Below are positions 1 through 9,204 of a stretch of 64,000 nucleotides of DNA, piece after piece. The translations under genes were made by a program, and so were the position numbers. Each line of letters starts with the position of its first letter. Positions within the stretch are counted from its first letter, which is position 1. Origin of the DNA: Actinomycetes bacterium (lineage in GTDB: Bacteria > Actinomycetota > Actinomycetes > S36-B12 > GCA-2699445); assembly GCA_022599915.1 (NCBI GenBank), contig JAHZLH010000066.1, positions 5,447-69,446 of the forward strand. Reading direction: 5' to 3'. The notes beneath the pieces were generated by a model that was not told where the DNA came from, did not search any database, and was given only the letters and a program-made list of their open reading frames with translations.

Positions 1-2494
1 ACGCCAACCGACGGAAGATGTAGTCCATCATCGACTGAGCCATCCGGATATCAGGATCATCGGTCATACCTGCTGGATCGAACCGCATGTTGACGAACTT
101 GGATACGAAGGCTTCCAACGGGACGCCGTACTGCAATGCAATCGACACCGCGATAGAGAACGCGTCCATGACTCCCGCCAGGGTGGAACCCTGCTTACCG
201 AGCTTCAGGAACACTTCACCCAGACCGTCGTCGGGGTAGGACCCGGCAGTGAGATAACCCTCGGCACCGCCCACGCTGAACGAGATGGTCTGCGACGGCC
301 GCCGCTTTGGCAACCGACGACGTACCGGACCTGCGGCAACCAACGTCTCTTCCGCAGACTCCTCGCTGGCCTTAGAGTTCGACAACGGCTGACCCACCTT
401 GGACGCATCCCGGTAGATTGCCAGCGCCTTCAGCCCCTGACGCCACCCTTCCTGGTAGATCTCAGCAACATCTTCTACCGTGGAACTGCTGGGCATGTTC
501 ACGGTCTTGCTAATCGCTCCGGAGAGGAACGGTTGTGCTGCCGACATCATGCGCACGTGCCCCATGGGCGAGATGGCGCGATCGCCGACCGCGCAGTCGA
601 AGATCGCGTAGTGCTCGTCACGCAGCCCCGGGGCGTCGATGACGTTGCCGTGTTCGGCAATGTGCTCCACGATCGCCTCAATGGTCTCCTCGGTGTAGCC
701 GAGCTTGCGCAGCGCGCGTGGAATGGTGTTGTTAACGATCTGCATGGAACCGCCACCGACCAACTTCTTGAACTTGACCAACGAGAAGTCAGGTTCGATG
801 CCGGTTGTATCGCAGTCCATCATGAAGCCGATAGTGCCGGTGGGGGCCAACACGCTGGCCTGAGCGTTGCGCCAGCCATTTTCGGAACCAATGTCCAGGC
901 CGGTACGCCATTCAGCGACGGCCTGCCGCAACACGTCACCGTCCAGTCCTGACACGGTGCGCACCGAGTCAGTCGCAGCGGCGTGCTTACGCATCACTCG
1001 AGCGTGAGACTCGGCGTTGCGAGCAAAGCCCTGGTAGGGGCCAACGATGCCCGCTAGCTCGGCACTGCGACGGTAGGACACACCAGTCATCAACGAGGTG
1101 ATGGAGGCGGCCAGCGCTCGACCACCTTCGGAGTCGTACGCCAAACCGGATGCCATCAACAGCGCACCGAGGTTGGCGAACCCGATGCCGAGCTGACGGA
1201 AGTCGCGAGTGGTTTGACCAATCGCTTCGGTTGGGAAGTCCGCAAAGCAGATAGAGATGTCCATCGCGGTGATGACGATCTCCACTGCTTTAACGAACCG
1301 CTGTACTTCGAAGGTGTCGTCGTCGGCGAGGAACTTCATCAAGTTCATCGACGCGAGGTTGCATGACGAGTTGTCTAGGCTCATGTACTCCGAGCATGGG
1401 TTGGACGCGTTGATGCGACCACTCTCGGGGTTGGTGTGCCAGTCGTTGATGGTGTCGTCGTACTGGATACCCGGGTCAGCGCAGGCCCAAGCAGCCTCAG
1501 CCAACTGCCGGAACAACTTTTTGGCTTGAACTGTCTCTACAACGGAACCATCAGTACGGGCTTTCAACCCGAAGTCGCTGTCGCTGTCGACGGCTCGCAT
1601 GAACTCGTCAGAGACTCGCACCGAATTGTTGGCGTTCTGGTACTGCACCGAGGTGATGTCTTTGCCACCAAGGTCCATGTCGAACCCGGCGTCACGCAGC
1701 ACCCGAATCTTTTCTTCTTCGCGCACCTTGGTGTCGATGAACTCTTCGATGTCGGGGTGATCGACGTCCAGTACGACCATCTTCGCGGCCCGGCGAGTCG
1801 CACCACCGGACTTGATGGTCCCGGCGCTGGCATCTGCACCACGCATGAAGGACACCGGACCGGAGGCAGTGCCACCGGAGGAACGCAGCAGTTCCTTGGA
1901 CGACCGAATCCGGGAGATATTCAGTCCGGAGCCGGAACCGCCCTTGAAGATCATGCCTTCTTCGCGGTACCAGTTCAGGATCGAGTCCATCGTGTCATCC
2001 ACTGACAAGATGAAGCACGCGCTGACCTGCTGCGGGCTTACCGTGCCGACGTTGAACCACACCGGGGAGTTGAAGGAGAAGTACTGGTGCAGCAGCAGCC
2101 AGGTGAGTTCCTGACCGAAGACGTCCGCATCCAATTCAGTAGCGAAGTAGTTGTGCTCCCGACCGGCTGTCACGTACTTGTCGACGACGCGGTCAATAAG
2201 CTGCCGCAACGACCACTCCCGCTGGTCAGAGCCAACGGCACCGCGGAAGTACTTGCTGGTGACGATGGTGGAGGCGTTGAGGCTCCAGTCCACCGGAAAC
2301 TCCACACCGCGCTGCTCGAAAACGGTTTCTCCGGTCTTCCAGTTGGACTGGACAACATCACGGCGCTCCCACTCGACTTCGTCGTAGGGGTGCGCACCTT
2401 CGGTACTGAATACGCGTTCGATGCTGAGGCCCCGGCCCGAGGCGTTCGAAGCCTCGTCGATTCGCACCGTTTCCTCATGTGGTGTTTGGGTCAT
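1..2494 (-). CDS. nrdJ: Class II (adenosylcobalamin-dependent) ribonucleotide reductase, 3' end runs off the window
   Basis: Absent from the ORF track because its stop lies outside the window. My own translation of the minus strand from ATG 2494 (AAGGAGA 6 nt upstream) is open for 831 codons: MTQTPHEETV...SPVWFNVG...ACFIL...NPCSEY...TVNMP. These blocks are typical of class II RNR. It lies directly downstream of nrdR. Confidence 0.9.
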   Translation of the reverse strand, partial: MTQTPHEETVRIDEASNASGRGLSIERVFSTEGAHPYDEVEWERRDVVQSNWKTGETVFEQRGVEFPVDWSLNASTIVTSKYFRGAVGSDQREWSLRQLIDRVVDKYVTAGREHNYFATELDADVFGQELTWLLLHQYFSFNSPVWFNVGTVSPQQVSACFILSVDDTMDSILNWYREEGMIFKGGSGSGLNISRIRSSKELLRSSGGTASGPVSFMRGADASAGTIKSGGATRRAAKMVVLDVDHPDIEEFIDTKVREEEKIRVLRDAGFDMDLGGKDITSVQYQNANNSVRVSDEFMRAVDSDSDFGLKARTDGSVVETVQAKKLFRQLAEAAWACADPGIQYDDTINDWHTNPESGRINASNPCSEYMSLDNSSCNLASMNLMKFLADDDTFEVQRFVKAVEIVITAMDISICFADFPTEAIGQTTRDFRQLGIGFANLGALLMASGLAYDSEGGRALAASITSLMTGVSYRRSAELAGIVGPYQGFARNAESHARVMRKHAAATDSVRTVSGLDGDVLRQAVAEWRTGLDIGSENGWRNAQASVLAPTGTIGFMMDCDTTGIEPDFSLVKFKKLVGGGSMQIVNNTIPRALRKLGYTEETIEAIVEHIAEHGNVIDAPGLRDEHYAIFDCAVGDRAISPMGHVRMMSAAQPFLSGAISKTVNMPSSSTVEDVAEIYQEGWRQGLKALAIYRDASKVGQPLSNSKASEESAEETLVAAGPVRRRLPKRRPSQTISFSVGGAEGYLTAGSYPDDGLGEVFLKLGKQGSTLAGVMDAFSIAVSIALQYGVPLEAFVSKFVNMRFDPAGMTDDPDIRMAQSMMDYIFRRLA

Positions 2495-2597
2495 TGACTA
2501 TCTCCTTGATTCAGTCGGGGGGAAGACTGGGTTTTTCTCAGTGGGTTGTGGGGATGGTTGGCTTTTGGTCGTTACCCGATATCGCGGGTAAGCGGTG

Positions 2598-3056
2598 TCA
2601 CAAATCCGGAGCATGTTCCTCCCGCAGATAAGTAATTTCTTTTTCGAAGTCGGTCAAGGAGCTGAAGCCGCGGTAGACAGAAGCGAATCGCAGGTAGGCC
2701 ACCTCATCGAGATCACGAAGCGGTGCCAAGATCGCCAGACCTACTTCCCCACTGGGGACCTCCGCCTGGCCTGCCTGTCTGATGGTGTCTTCGACCCGTT
2801 GCGCAAGCAGCGCCAACTCGTCTTCGCTCACCGGGCGCCCTTGGCAGGCTTTGCGAACTCCGGAGATAACTTTGTTGCGGCTGAAAGCCTCTTGCACACC
2901 GCTGCGCTTCAGTACGTGCAGGCTGGGCGTCTCCAGGGTGGTGAAGCGCCGGGCACACACAGAGCATTGCCGCCGACGCCGAATGCAGGCGCCGTCATCG
3001 GTCGCCCGGGAATCTATGACCCGGGAGTCGGATTCCCGGCAGAAAGGGCAGTTCAT
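2598..3056 (-). CDS. nrdR: Transcriptional repressor NrdR (zinc ribbon + ATP-cone)
   Basis: 152 aa beginning [17 protein letters not shown], with a second CxxC (CSVC) completing the zinc ribbon. An ATP-cone-like C-terminus follows. GAAGGAGA lies upstream of the ATG. Confidence 0.95.
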   Translation of the reverse strand: MNCPFCRESDSRVIDSRATDDGACIRRRRQCSVCARRFTTLETPSLHVLKRSGVQEAFSRNKVISGVRKACQGRPVSEDELALLAQRVEDTIRQAGQAEVPSGEVGLAILAPLRDLDEVAYLRFASVYRGFSSLTDFEKEITYLREEHAPDL

Positions 3057-3081
3057 CGGGCCGAAATCTCCTTCGCTGTGT

Positions 3082-3168
3082 ACAAACCTGTGGCTTCCCT
3101 GGGGACAAGCTGTGGACTTTCGACCACAATCTGTGGATGAACCACACTGGTGTAACTACTAGATGTAG
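3082..3168 (-). promoter_or_regulatory. Candidate operator array upstream of nrdR (phased ACAA-N-CTGTGG repeats plus palindromes)
   Basis: Direct copies sit at 3082-3093, 3105-3115 and 3126-3136, spaced 21-23 bp. There is a 13-bp perfect palindrome CCACAATCTGTGG at 3124-3136 and CTACTAGATGTAG at 3156-3168, with centres 32 bp apart. The match to the NrdR-box consensus is only loose. Confidence 0.4.
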
Positions 3169-3252
3169 GGAACCTAGGCCCTTCTGGGCAGATGCGCAAG
3201 AGGCAGTTGCCGCGTGTCGCAAAGTGGTTGCTCTCCGCAGCCGCGAACCCGC

Positions 3253-3663
3253 TCAGCCGTTGGGCAAAACGATCGCTTCGCCCACCTGTAGCGATGGTGA
3301 GGCCAATCCGTTGAGCTCCATGATCCGGTCAACTGTCTCGCGCGGATCGGCAGAACTACTGGCAACTGCTAGTGACCAGATGGTGTCCCCGGGAAGAACC
3401 CGATATTCGCGCAGCGCGGGCTGAGGTAGTACGACGGCACCGTCTCCCGAACGCACTGCTTCACTGGCTGCTGCTTGGTCGGCTGCCTGCGCCAGAACAG
3501 GTACCGCCAGCGCCACCGCAGCGATCAGTCCGGTGATCACACCCGCCACTACCGTGAGCGCAACGAACCAATGCCCCACCAAGGTCCAGGAACGTGAAAT
3601 GGCCGGGCGGGCCGTAGCCGGTGAAGCAGGGACAGTAAATGCAGATGGAGTAGTTGCGCTCAT
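3253..3663 (-). CDS. LysM-domain peptidoglycan-binding protein with N-terminal membrane segment
   Basis: 136 aa with a hydrophobic stretch HWFVALTVVAGVITGLIAAVALAV. The C-terminal LysM signature is YRVLPGDTIWSLA...ELNGL...LQVGEAIVLP. It is divergent from lexA, as for the SOS-inducible LysM hydrolase gene of mycobacteria. Confidence 0.85.
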   Translation of the reverse strand: MSATTPSAFTVPASPATARPAISRSWTLVGHWFVALTVVAGVITGLIAAVALAVPVLAQAADQAAASEAVRSGDGAVVLPQPALREYRVLPGDTIWSLAVASSSADPRETVDRIMELNGLASPSLQVGEAIVLPNG

Positions 3664-3746
3664 GAGTGGACCTCCAGCTCGAGTGGCGATGAAATCGATC
3701 CGTTCGATTACATCGTTCGAAACTCTTTCGAACGAACATCAATAGT

Positions 3747-3762
3747 TCGAACACCCGTTCGA
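3747..3762. promoter_or_regulatory. LexA operator (actinobacterial SOS box), perfect match
   Basis: TCGAACACCCGTTCGA matches TCGAAC-N4-GTTCGA exactly. It lies in the lexA/LysM divergent intergenic region. Confidence 0.85.
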
Positions 3763-3804
3763 CTCCAGTCCTATCAGGGGGCTCCGACACACGTAAAGGG
3801 TTTT

Positions 3805-3820
3805 TCGAACATTTGTTTGA
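3805..3820. promoter_or_regulatory. LexA operator (SOS box), one mismatch
   Basis: TCGAACATTTGTTTGA differs from TCGAAC-N4-GTTCGA at one position. It ends 73 nt upstream of the lexA ATG. Confidence 0.75.
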
Positions 3821-3892
3821 AAAGCCGCCTGTGACCTGCCACTGTGGAGCCACTAGAACCTGTCACTGTGCGGTTCTGCAGGAAGGCATGCG

Positions 3893-4615
3893 ATGAGCGC
3901 GAAGACACGAAACGACCACACCGATTCCGGCGATGGTTCGACCGAGCAGCCGGTCCCGCTTCTCACCGCGCGTCAACGCACCATCTTGACGTTCATTCGC
4001 GAGCGGGTGGAGGAAAAGGGTTTTCCGCCTAGCGTCCGGGAGATCGGCGAGGCGGTGGGGCTCACCAGCACTTCCAGCGTGGCTCATCAACTGCGAGTCC
4101 TTGAGGAGAAGGGCTATCTGCGCCGCGATCCGAATACGCCGCGCGCCCTGCTGGTGACTGACGGAGCTGAACCACTGCCCAATACGAAAGCGACATCCGC
4201 CGCTGAACCGGAGCTAGAAAGAGGTGATGCGCTGCCGGATTCAATCGTGGCAGTGCCGCTGCTAGGCCAAATCGCTGCGGGTGGGCCAATCTTGGCCGAG
4301 CAGGCCGTGGAAGAGACCTTCCCGCTCCCCCGAGAACTCGTTGGCGAGGGCGAACTTTTCCTCTTGCGGGTGCGCGGGGACTCGATGATTGATGCCGCCA
4401 TCTGTGACGGTGACTTTGTGGCAGTCCGCTCCCAGCCGACTGCTGAAAACGGAGAAATTGTTGCCGCTCTGCTCGACGATGAAGCCACTGTGAAGACGTT
4501 GTCGCGACGAGATGGCCATGTGTGGCTGCTACCCGCAAACGATTCCTATGCTCCGATCCCGGGGGATAGCGCCCGCATCATGGGCAAAGTCGTGTCGGTA
4601 TTCCGGCGGCTTTAA
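3893..4615 (+). CDS. lexA: SOS repressor LexA
   Basis: 240 aa with an N-terminal winged HTH ([33 protein letters not shown]). The C-terminal S24 peptidase part carries RGDSM and a downstream Lys (ATVKTL). Confidence 0.97.
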   Translation: MSAKTRNDHTDSGDGSTEQPVPLLTARQRTILTFIRERVEEKGFPPSVREIGEAVGLTSTSSVAHQLRVLEEKGYLRRDPNTPRALLVTDGAEPLPNTKATSAAEPELERGDALPDSIVAVPLLGQIAAGGPILAEQAVEETFPLPRELVGEGELFLLRVRGDSMIDAAICDGDFVAVRSQPTAENGEIVAALLDDEATVKTLSRRDGHVWLLPANDSYAPIPGDSARIMGKVVSVFRRL

Positions 4616-4636
4616 CCAGCGAAACTCTCGACCTGG

Positions 4637-6682
4637 TTAGGCCGAGTCGGGTACCGGTTCAGCCACGAGCCGCTCCAACGCACCTACTACCTTGTCGGTG
4701 TCAGTCGTGGACCAAAACGGCGGCAACGATTCCCGCAGGAAGTTGCCGTAGCCAGCAGTTCGCAGCCGCGGGTCAAGCACCGCTACTACCCCACGGTCAG
4801 AATCGGTGCGGATCAGCCGCCCACAACCTTGCGCCAGTAATAGGGCCGCCCGTGGGATCGAGACCGCACGAAAGCCGTTGCCGCCGCTGCGGTCCACCTG
4901 CTCAGATCGAGCAGCCAGCACTGGGTCGTCCGGGCGGGGAAATGGGATTTTGTCGATGATCACGCACAGATTCGCTGCGCCGGGCACATCAACACCTTGA
5001 AACAATGACATCGTGCCGATCAAGACACTGGTCTCATCATCACTGAAGCGGCGTACCAAGCTAGCCACGGAATCGCCGCGTTGTTGCACCAAGACCTCAA
5101 CATCGGTGATGGGATTATCCTGCAGGAACTGCTCAACCCGCTCGACCGCTCGCCAGCTCGACAACAGCACCAAACTGCGTCCACCGGCAGCTGAAACGAG
5201 GTGGTGCAGCCGCTCCAGCAGCATGGGGTCGGGACCATCACGACCTGGGCGTGGCAAATCCGCGGCCACATAGAGAATCCCTTGCGACGCGTAGTCAAAC
5301 GGCGTCCCGACATCCTGGCTTGCCCAATCGTCGAGCAGCCCTAAATCCTCCGCGACAGTGTCGAAGCCACCCCCGAGCGTGAGCGTCGCACTCGTCACCA
5401 CGGTCGCCAGGCGATCTGCGAGGTATCCACCAATGACATCACCGACCTGAAGCGGAGCGGAGTACAACTGCTGGTCTGAGTCCCCGCCGAACCAGACCAC
5501 GCTTCCGCCTGCGCTGGTGCCCCCGGACAGCAGCTTCCCCGCAACATCATGCACCTCTTGCAAACCAGCCTGCGCTCGATGGCGAGCAGCGTCTTCCTCC
5601 CCCGTCAGTTGCGTGAGATCACTGACTGCAATCGCGCACGAATCCCTGACCAGGCCTAGCGCGTCCACGACTTGTCCAGAAAGTTCCGGGAGGCGTTCCT
5701 GCTGCTGTGGCAGTTCCGCGAGCGCGGCGATGAGGGCATCCTCGGCTTCCGCAAGCCGCTCCGAAGAGTCGTCTGTCAGCAACGAGCGGGCTGCGCGCGC
5801 TGCCCGCTCCACCACGCCCGCCCCCAACTGCACAGTTCCGGCGTTCGTCACCCGGGCAACTAGTTCATGACCCTCATCAACGACCAGAACCTCATACTCC
5901 GGCAGCACATCAGCACCATCCAGCGCGTCCAGGGCAAGCATGGCGTGGTTGGTCACCACAATGTCAGCGTCGCGGGCCCGTCTACGTGCGATCTCGCTGA
6001 AGCACTCCTCCGCGAACGGGCACTTACTCGCCCCCACACACTCTCGACCAGTCACCGATAGCGCCCGCCACACGCGCGCGTCGAGCGGACTGTCGTAGTC
6101 GTCGCGATCACCCGTTTCGGTATCACGCGCCCAGTCACGCAAATCTGCTGCCTGCTGCTCCAGTCGGCCGCCACCACCGGGCAACTCCAACTCGACCTGA
6201 TCATCGGCGGTTCCTTGACCATCGAGCCGGGCACGACATAAATAGTTACCGCGACCCTTGAGCACTTCCGCGGAGACCGAGGCATCATCCGGCAAACCCG
6301 CGAGGGCGGCGGGCAAGTCACGCTCCACTAGTTGCCGCTGCAACGCCAACGTGGCGGTAGCAATGACGGTGCGCCGGTCAAACTCAGCAGCGGCGGTGAT
6401 GGCTGGCGCGAGATAGCCCAGTGATTTGCCGGTGCCGGTACCCGCCTGCACCAGTAACACGGATTGATCCGGTGGCTCCGGAGTGCACATCACGGCCGCG
6501 ACAGCCTCGACCATCTCTTCTTGCTCGACCCGATGCACCCCGGACATCAGCTCGACAATGTTGCGCAGCAACGCCAGCGGGGTTTGATCCACGGGATCAC
6601 CGTACGCGGCCAGGTCAATACGCCATCGGTAGGGGCAGATCGGTGGAAAACCACCACCCACCGACGAGCAATCCACACTCAA
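4637..6682 (-). CDS. dinG: DinG/Rad3-family ATP-dependent DNA helicase (Fe-S type)
   Basis: 681 aa with Walker A GTGTGKS and a VVDEGHEL (DEAH-like) box. A four-Cys set (YLC...ECVGASKCPFAEEC) is typical of XPD/DinG Fe-S domains. The track start is a TTG, so the true start is uncertain. Confidence 0.85.
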   Translation of the reverse strand: MSVDCSSVGGGFPPICPYRWRIDLAAYGDPVDQTPLALLRNIVELMSGVHRVEQEEMVEAVAAVMCTPEPPDQSVLLVQAGTGTGKSLGYLAPAITAAAEFDRRTVIATATLALQRQLVERDLPAALAGLPDDASVSAEVLKGRGNYLCRARLDGQGTADDQVELELPGGGGRLEQQAADLRDWARDTETGDRDDYDSPLDARVWRALSVTGRECVGASKCPFAEECFSEIARRRARDADIVVTNHAMLALDALDGADVLPEYEVLVVDEGHELVARVTNAGTVQLGAGVVERAARAARSLLTDDSSERLAEAEDALIAALAELPQQQERLPELSGQVVDALGLVRDSCAIAVSDLTQLTGEEDAARHRAQAGLQEVHDVAGKLLSGGTSAGGSVVWFGGDSDQQLYSAPLQVGDVIGGYLADRLATVVTSATLTLGGGFDTVAEDLGLLDDWASQDVGTPFDYASQGILYVAADLPRPGRDGPDPMLLERLHHLVSAAGGRSLVLLSSWRAVERVEQFLQDNPITDVEVLVQQRGDSVASLVRRFSDDETSVLIGTMSLFQGVDVPGAANLCVIIDKIPFPRPDDPVLAARSEQVDRSGGNGFRAVSIPRAALLLAQGCGRLIRTDSDRGVVAVLDPRLRTAGYGNFLRESLPPFWSTTDTDKVVGALERLVAEPVPDSA

Positions 6683-6708
6683 CCGCTGCGGGCGGCCAAG
6701 TTGGGAGG

Positions 6709-6744
6709 GGTCGCCCCGACCACGGGGGATGGGCCGGGGCGACC
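6709..6744 (-). other. GC-rich hairpin (10-bp perfect stem, 16-nt loop) between hflX stop and dinG start
   Basis: GGTCGCCCCG (6709-6718) pairs with CGGGGCGACC (6735-6744). No U-tract follows on the minus strand. It could be an hflX-operon terminator or a dinG 5'-UTR structure. Confidence 0.5.
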
Positions 6745-6865
6745 ATGAGGCTCAACGACGTTGGTGCTTGACGTCTCACCTCTGGTGCGTTGTGCACCTA
6801 GCCATGGGTGTGCCCCACCTGGATCACCGTAAACCTCAAATGTTGACACAAACTAGCCAACTGCG

Positions 6866-6881
6866 GCGAACCGATTTTCGA
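6866..6881. promoter_or_regulatory. Degenerate SOS-box candidate upstream of dinG-like gene
   Basis: The minus strand reads TCGAAAATCGGTTCGC, two mismatches to TCGAAC-N4-GTTCGA. It is preceded by TTGTCA about 18 nt upstream on the same strand. Confidence 0.4.
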
Positions 6882-6970
6882 CGTTGCGTAGGCCTGTCCT
6901 GACAAGTGATTTTGGCCGAACTGGCGGGACCGGCACGCTGCCGCAGGCACTGTGCTGAAACCGGGTTGAG

Positions 6971-8350
6971 TCAGCCTTTGCTCTGGTAAGGCTCGAGACG
7001 GGCGGCCAGCCAACCGGGGACAAGGGCACTCATCCGAGCGCCGTCTGCGGTGTAGTCGTTGGCCAAGATCTGGCCATGTTCGTGTAGCGCTGAGGTGAGA
7101 TCGCCTCGGTCGAATGGGACCACGACGTCCACCCGGACCTCTGGCAACGGCAGACGCTCAGCGACTAGGGCCTTCAACTCGTCAATCCCTTGCCCGGTAT
7201 GCGCGGACACTCCCACCGCCTTAGGCTCTCGGTGTCGGATTTCCGCGAGCAAGTCCGAGGGGATCAACTCGATCTTGTTAACCACAACGAGTTCCAGAAC
7301 CTCACCGGCACCGATATCAGCCAATACCTCCCTGACCGCGGCAAGTTGGCCCAGCGGTTCTGGATCGCCACCATCGATGACATTCAGCAGCAGATCGGCG
7401 TCGTTCACCTCGTCCAGGGTGGACTGGAACGCCTCAACCAACTGATGTGGCAAATGCCGCACAAAGCCGACAGTGTCGGCGAGGGTGTATTCGCGGCCCG
7501 ACTCGGTACGGGTGCGCCGGACCGTGGGATCCAAGGTGGCGAACAACTCGTCTTGCACCAGTACGCCAGCATCGGTAAGTCGATTCAACAGCGAGGACTT
7601 GCCGGCATTGGTGTAACCAACGATCGCGACAGCCGGAGTTTGATGTCGCCGACGATCAGATCGCTGAACTTGTCGGGCCTGAACCATGCCGGCAAGTTGC
7701 CGTCGCAGCCGGGCGATCTGGGTGCGGATCCGTCGGCGATCGATCTCCAGCTTGGTCTCACCGGGTCCTCGGAAGGCACCGATCCCCCCAGACTGCCGAC
7801 TCAGTGCCTCACCCCAACCCCGTAATCGCGGCAACATGTACTGGTATTGGGCTAACTCGACCTGTGCCTTGCCCTCACGACTGCGAGCGTGCTGCGCGAA
7901 GATGTCCAGAATCAGCCAGGTGCGATCCACCACTTTGACTTTCAGCGCCTTCTCCAGCGCCTGCAACTGTCCAGGCGATAGTTCACCGTCGCAGATCACG
8001 GTGTCAGCTTCCTCCGCCACCACGATCTCGCGCAGTTCCAGTACTTTGCCGCTGCCGACGAAGGTCGACGGGTCCGGCTTGTTGCGCCGCTGCACGATCG
8101 CGTCCAGCACCTGCGAACCGGCCGTTTCGGCAAGTCGAGCCAGTTCGGCCATGGATAGTTTCGCCTGGGCCGCAGTTCCTTCGGTCCAGACCCCGACCAG
8201 CACCACCCGCTCCAACCGCAGCTGCCGATATTCGACTTCCGAAATATCCGACAGCTCAGTGGACAGCCCCTCCACGCGGCGCAGCGCCGCCCGCTCCTCA
8301 ACGTGGAGTTCGGTGTCTGGGGTGGGCTGACTCAATGTGATGCCCACCAT
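6971..8350 (-). CDS. hflX: GTPase HflX
   Basis: 459 aa with G1 GYTNAGKSSL, G3 DTVGF and G4 NKIE, plus an HflX-type N-terminal domain. It overlaps dapF by 19 nt. Confidence 0.95.
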   Translation of the reverse strand: MVGITLSQPTPDTELHVEERAALRRVEGLSTELSDISEVEYRQLRLERVVLVGVWTEGTAAQAKLSMAELARLAETAGSQVLDAIVQRRNKPDPSTFVGSGKVLELREIVVAEEADTVICDGELSPGQLQALEKALKVKVVDRTWLILDIFAQHARSREGKAQVELAQYQYMLPRLRGWGEALSRQSGGIGAFRGPGETKLEIDRRRIRTQIARLRRQLAGMVQARQVQRSDRRRHQTPAVAIVGYTNAGKSSLLNRLTDAGVLVQDELFATLDPTVRRTRTESGREYTLADTVGFVRHLPHQLVEAFQSTLDEVNDADLLLNVIDGGDPEPLGQLAAVREVLADIGAGEVLELVVVNKIELIPSDLLAEIRHREPKAVGVSAHTGQGIDELKALVAERLPLPEVRVDVVVPFDRGDLTSALHEHGQILANDYTADGARMSALVPGWLAARLEPYQSKG

Positions 8351-9204
8351 TGCGGATCGATCTCACCACTGGCGATGAGTTCGGCGGGGCCCGACAGAAT
8401 GGCTTCGCCGTCGCGGAATTCTACGACCACTTCGCCCCCCGGGACTGCCACGGTCACCGGTGTCGATCCCCCAGCAGTGGCACGATGAACTGCGGCCACG
8501 GCACAGGCCCCGGTGCCACAGGAAAGGGTTTCCCCGGAGCCACGTTCGTTGACACGCATCGCCACCCGATCGGCATCAATCACTTCGACTAACTCGATGT
8601 TCACCCCGTCAGGAAAGGCATTCACCGGCGCTGCCGTGGCCGACTCAATCTCTCCCACCTCCGACAGCGCAGTCACCATCGCGACCGCGTGCGGGTTGGG
8701 AGCGAAAGCGGGGGTGGCGGCCCATTCTTGACCGGCGAGAGAAACGGTGGCTGATTCGAGTGGGTGCACCGCAACCGGACCCATGCCCACCGACACTTGG
8801 CCGGTCAGCCCCGCTGATACTTGCCGAGGGCCACCGCGAGTTCCGATGATGAAATCACCAGCGGGCACCAGTCCGGCGCTGACGAGGTAGCGAGCAAATA
8901 CCCGAGCGCCGTTGCCGCACATCTCAGCGACGGAGCCGTCGGCGTTGCGGTAGTCCATGAACCAATCCGCGCCAACGACTAGGTCCGATTCGACATCAGC
9001 CAACTCAGCCGGCACTACCCGTAACACACCATCAGCACCGAGCCCGAAGTGTCGATCACACACTGCCGTGATCCGGGAGGCTGACAGTTCCAGGGTTCCG
9101 GTTGGATCTGGCAGCAAGACAAAGTCATTCCCGGTGCCGTGTCCTTTACGGAACTCCACTGTCGTACCCACTCCCCCAGAGTAGGCCCCAACGGGCATGC
9201 TCAC
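8332..9204 (-). CDS. dapF: Diaminopimelate epimerase
   Basis: 290 aa with GNDF near the N-terminus. Both catalytic Cys motifs are present (MCGNGARV and SCGTGACA). The start is GTG 9204 or ATG 9198. Confidence 0.95.
   Translation of the reverse strand: MSMPVGAYSGGVGTTVEFRKGHGTGNDFVLLPDPTGTLELSASRITAVCDRHFGLGADGVLRVVPAELADVESDLVVGADWFMDYRNADGSVAEMCGNGARVFARYLVSAGLVPAGDFIIGTRGGPRQVSAGLTGQVSVGMGPVAVHPLESATVSLAGQEWAATPAFAPNPHAVAMVTALSEVGEIESATAAPVNAFPDGVNIELVEVIDADRVAMRVNERGSGETLSCGTGACAVAAVHRATAGGSTPVTVAVPGGEVVVEFRDGEAILSGPAELIASGEIDPQWWASH

Noticed and set aside
6798-7013. 71-aa minus-strand ORF between hflX and the dinG-like gene
   Set aside because: It overlaps the 3' end of hflX in another frame. 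It has no SD and no recognisable features. The region is better explained as a regulatory or UTR sequence.
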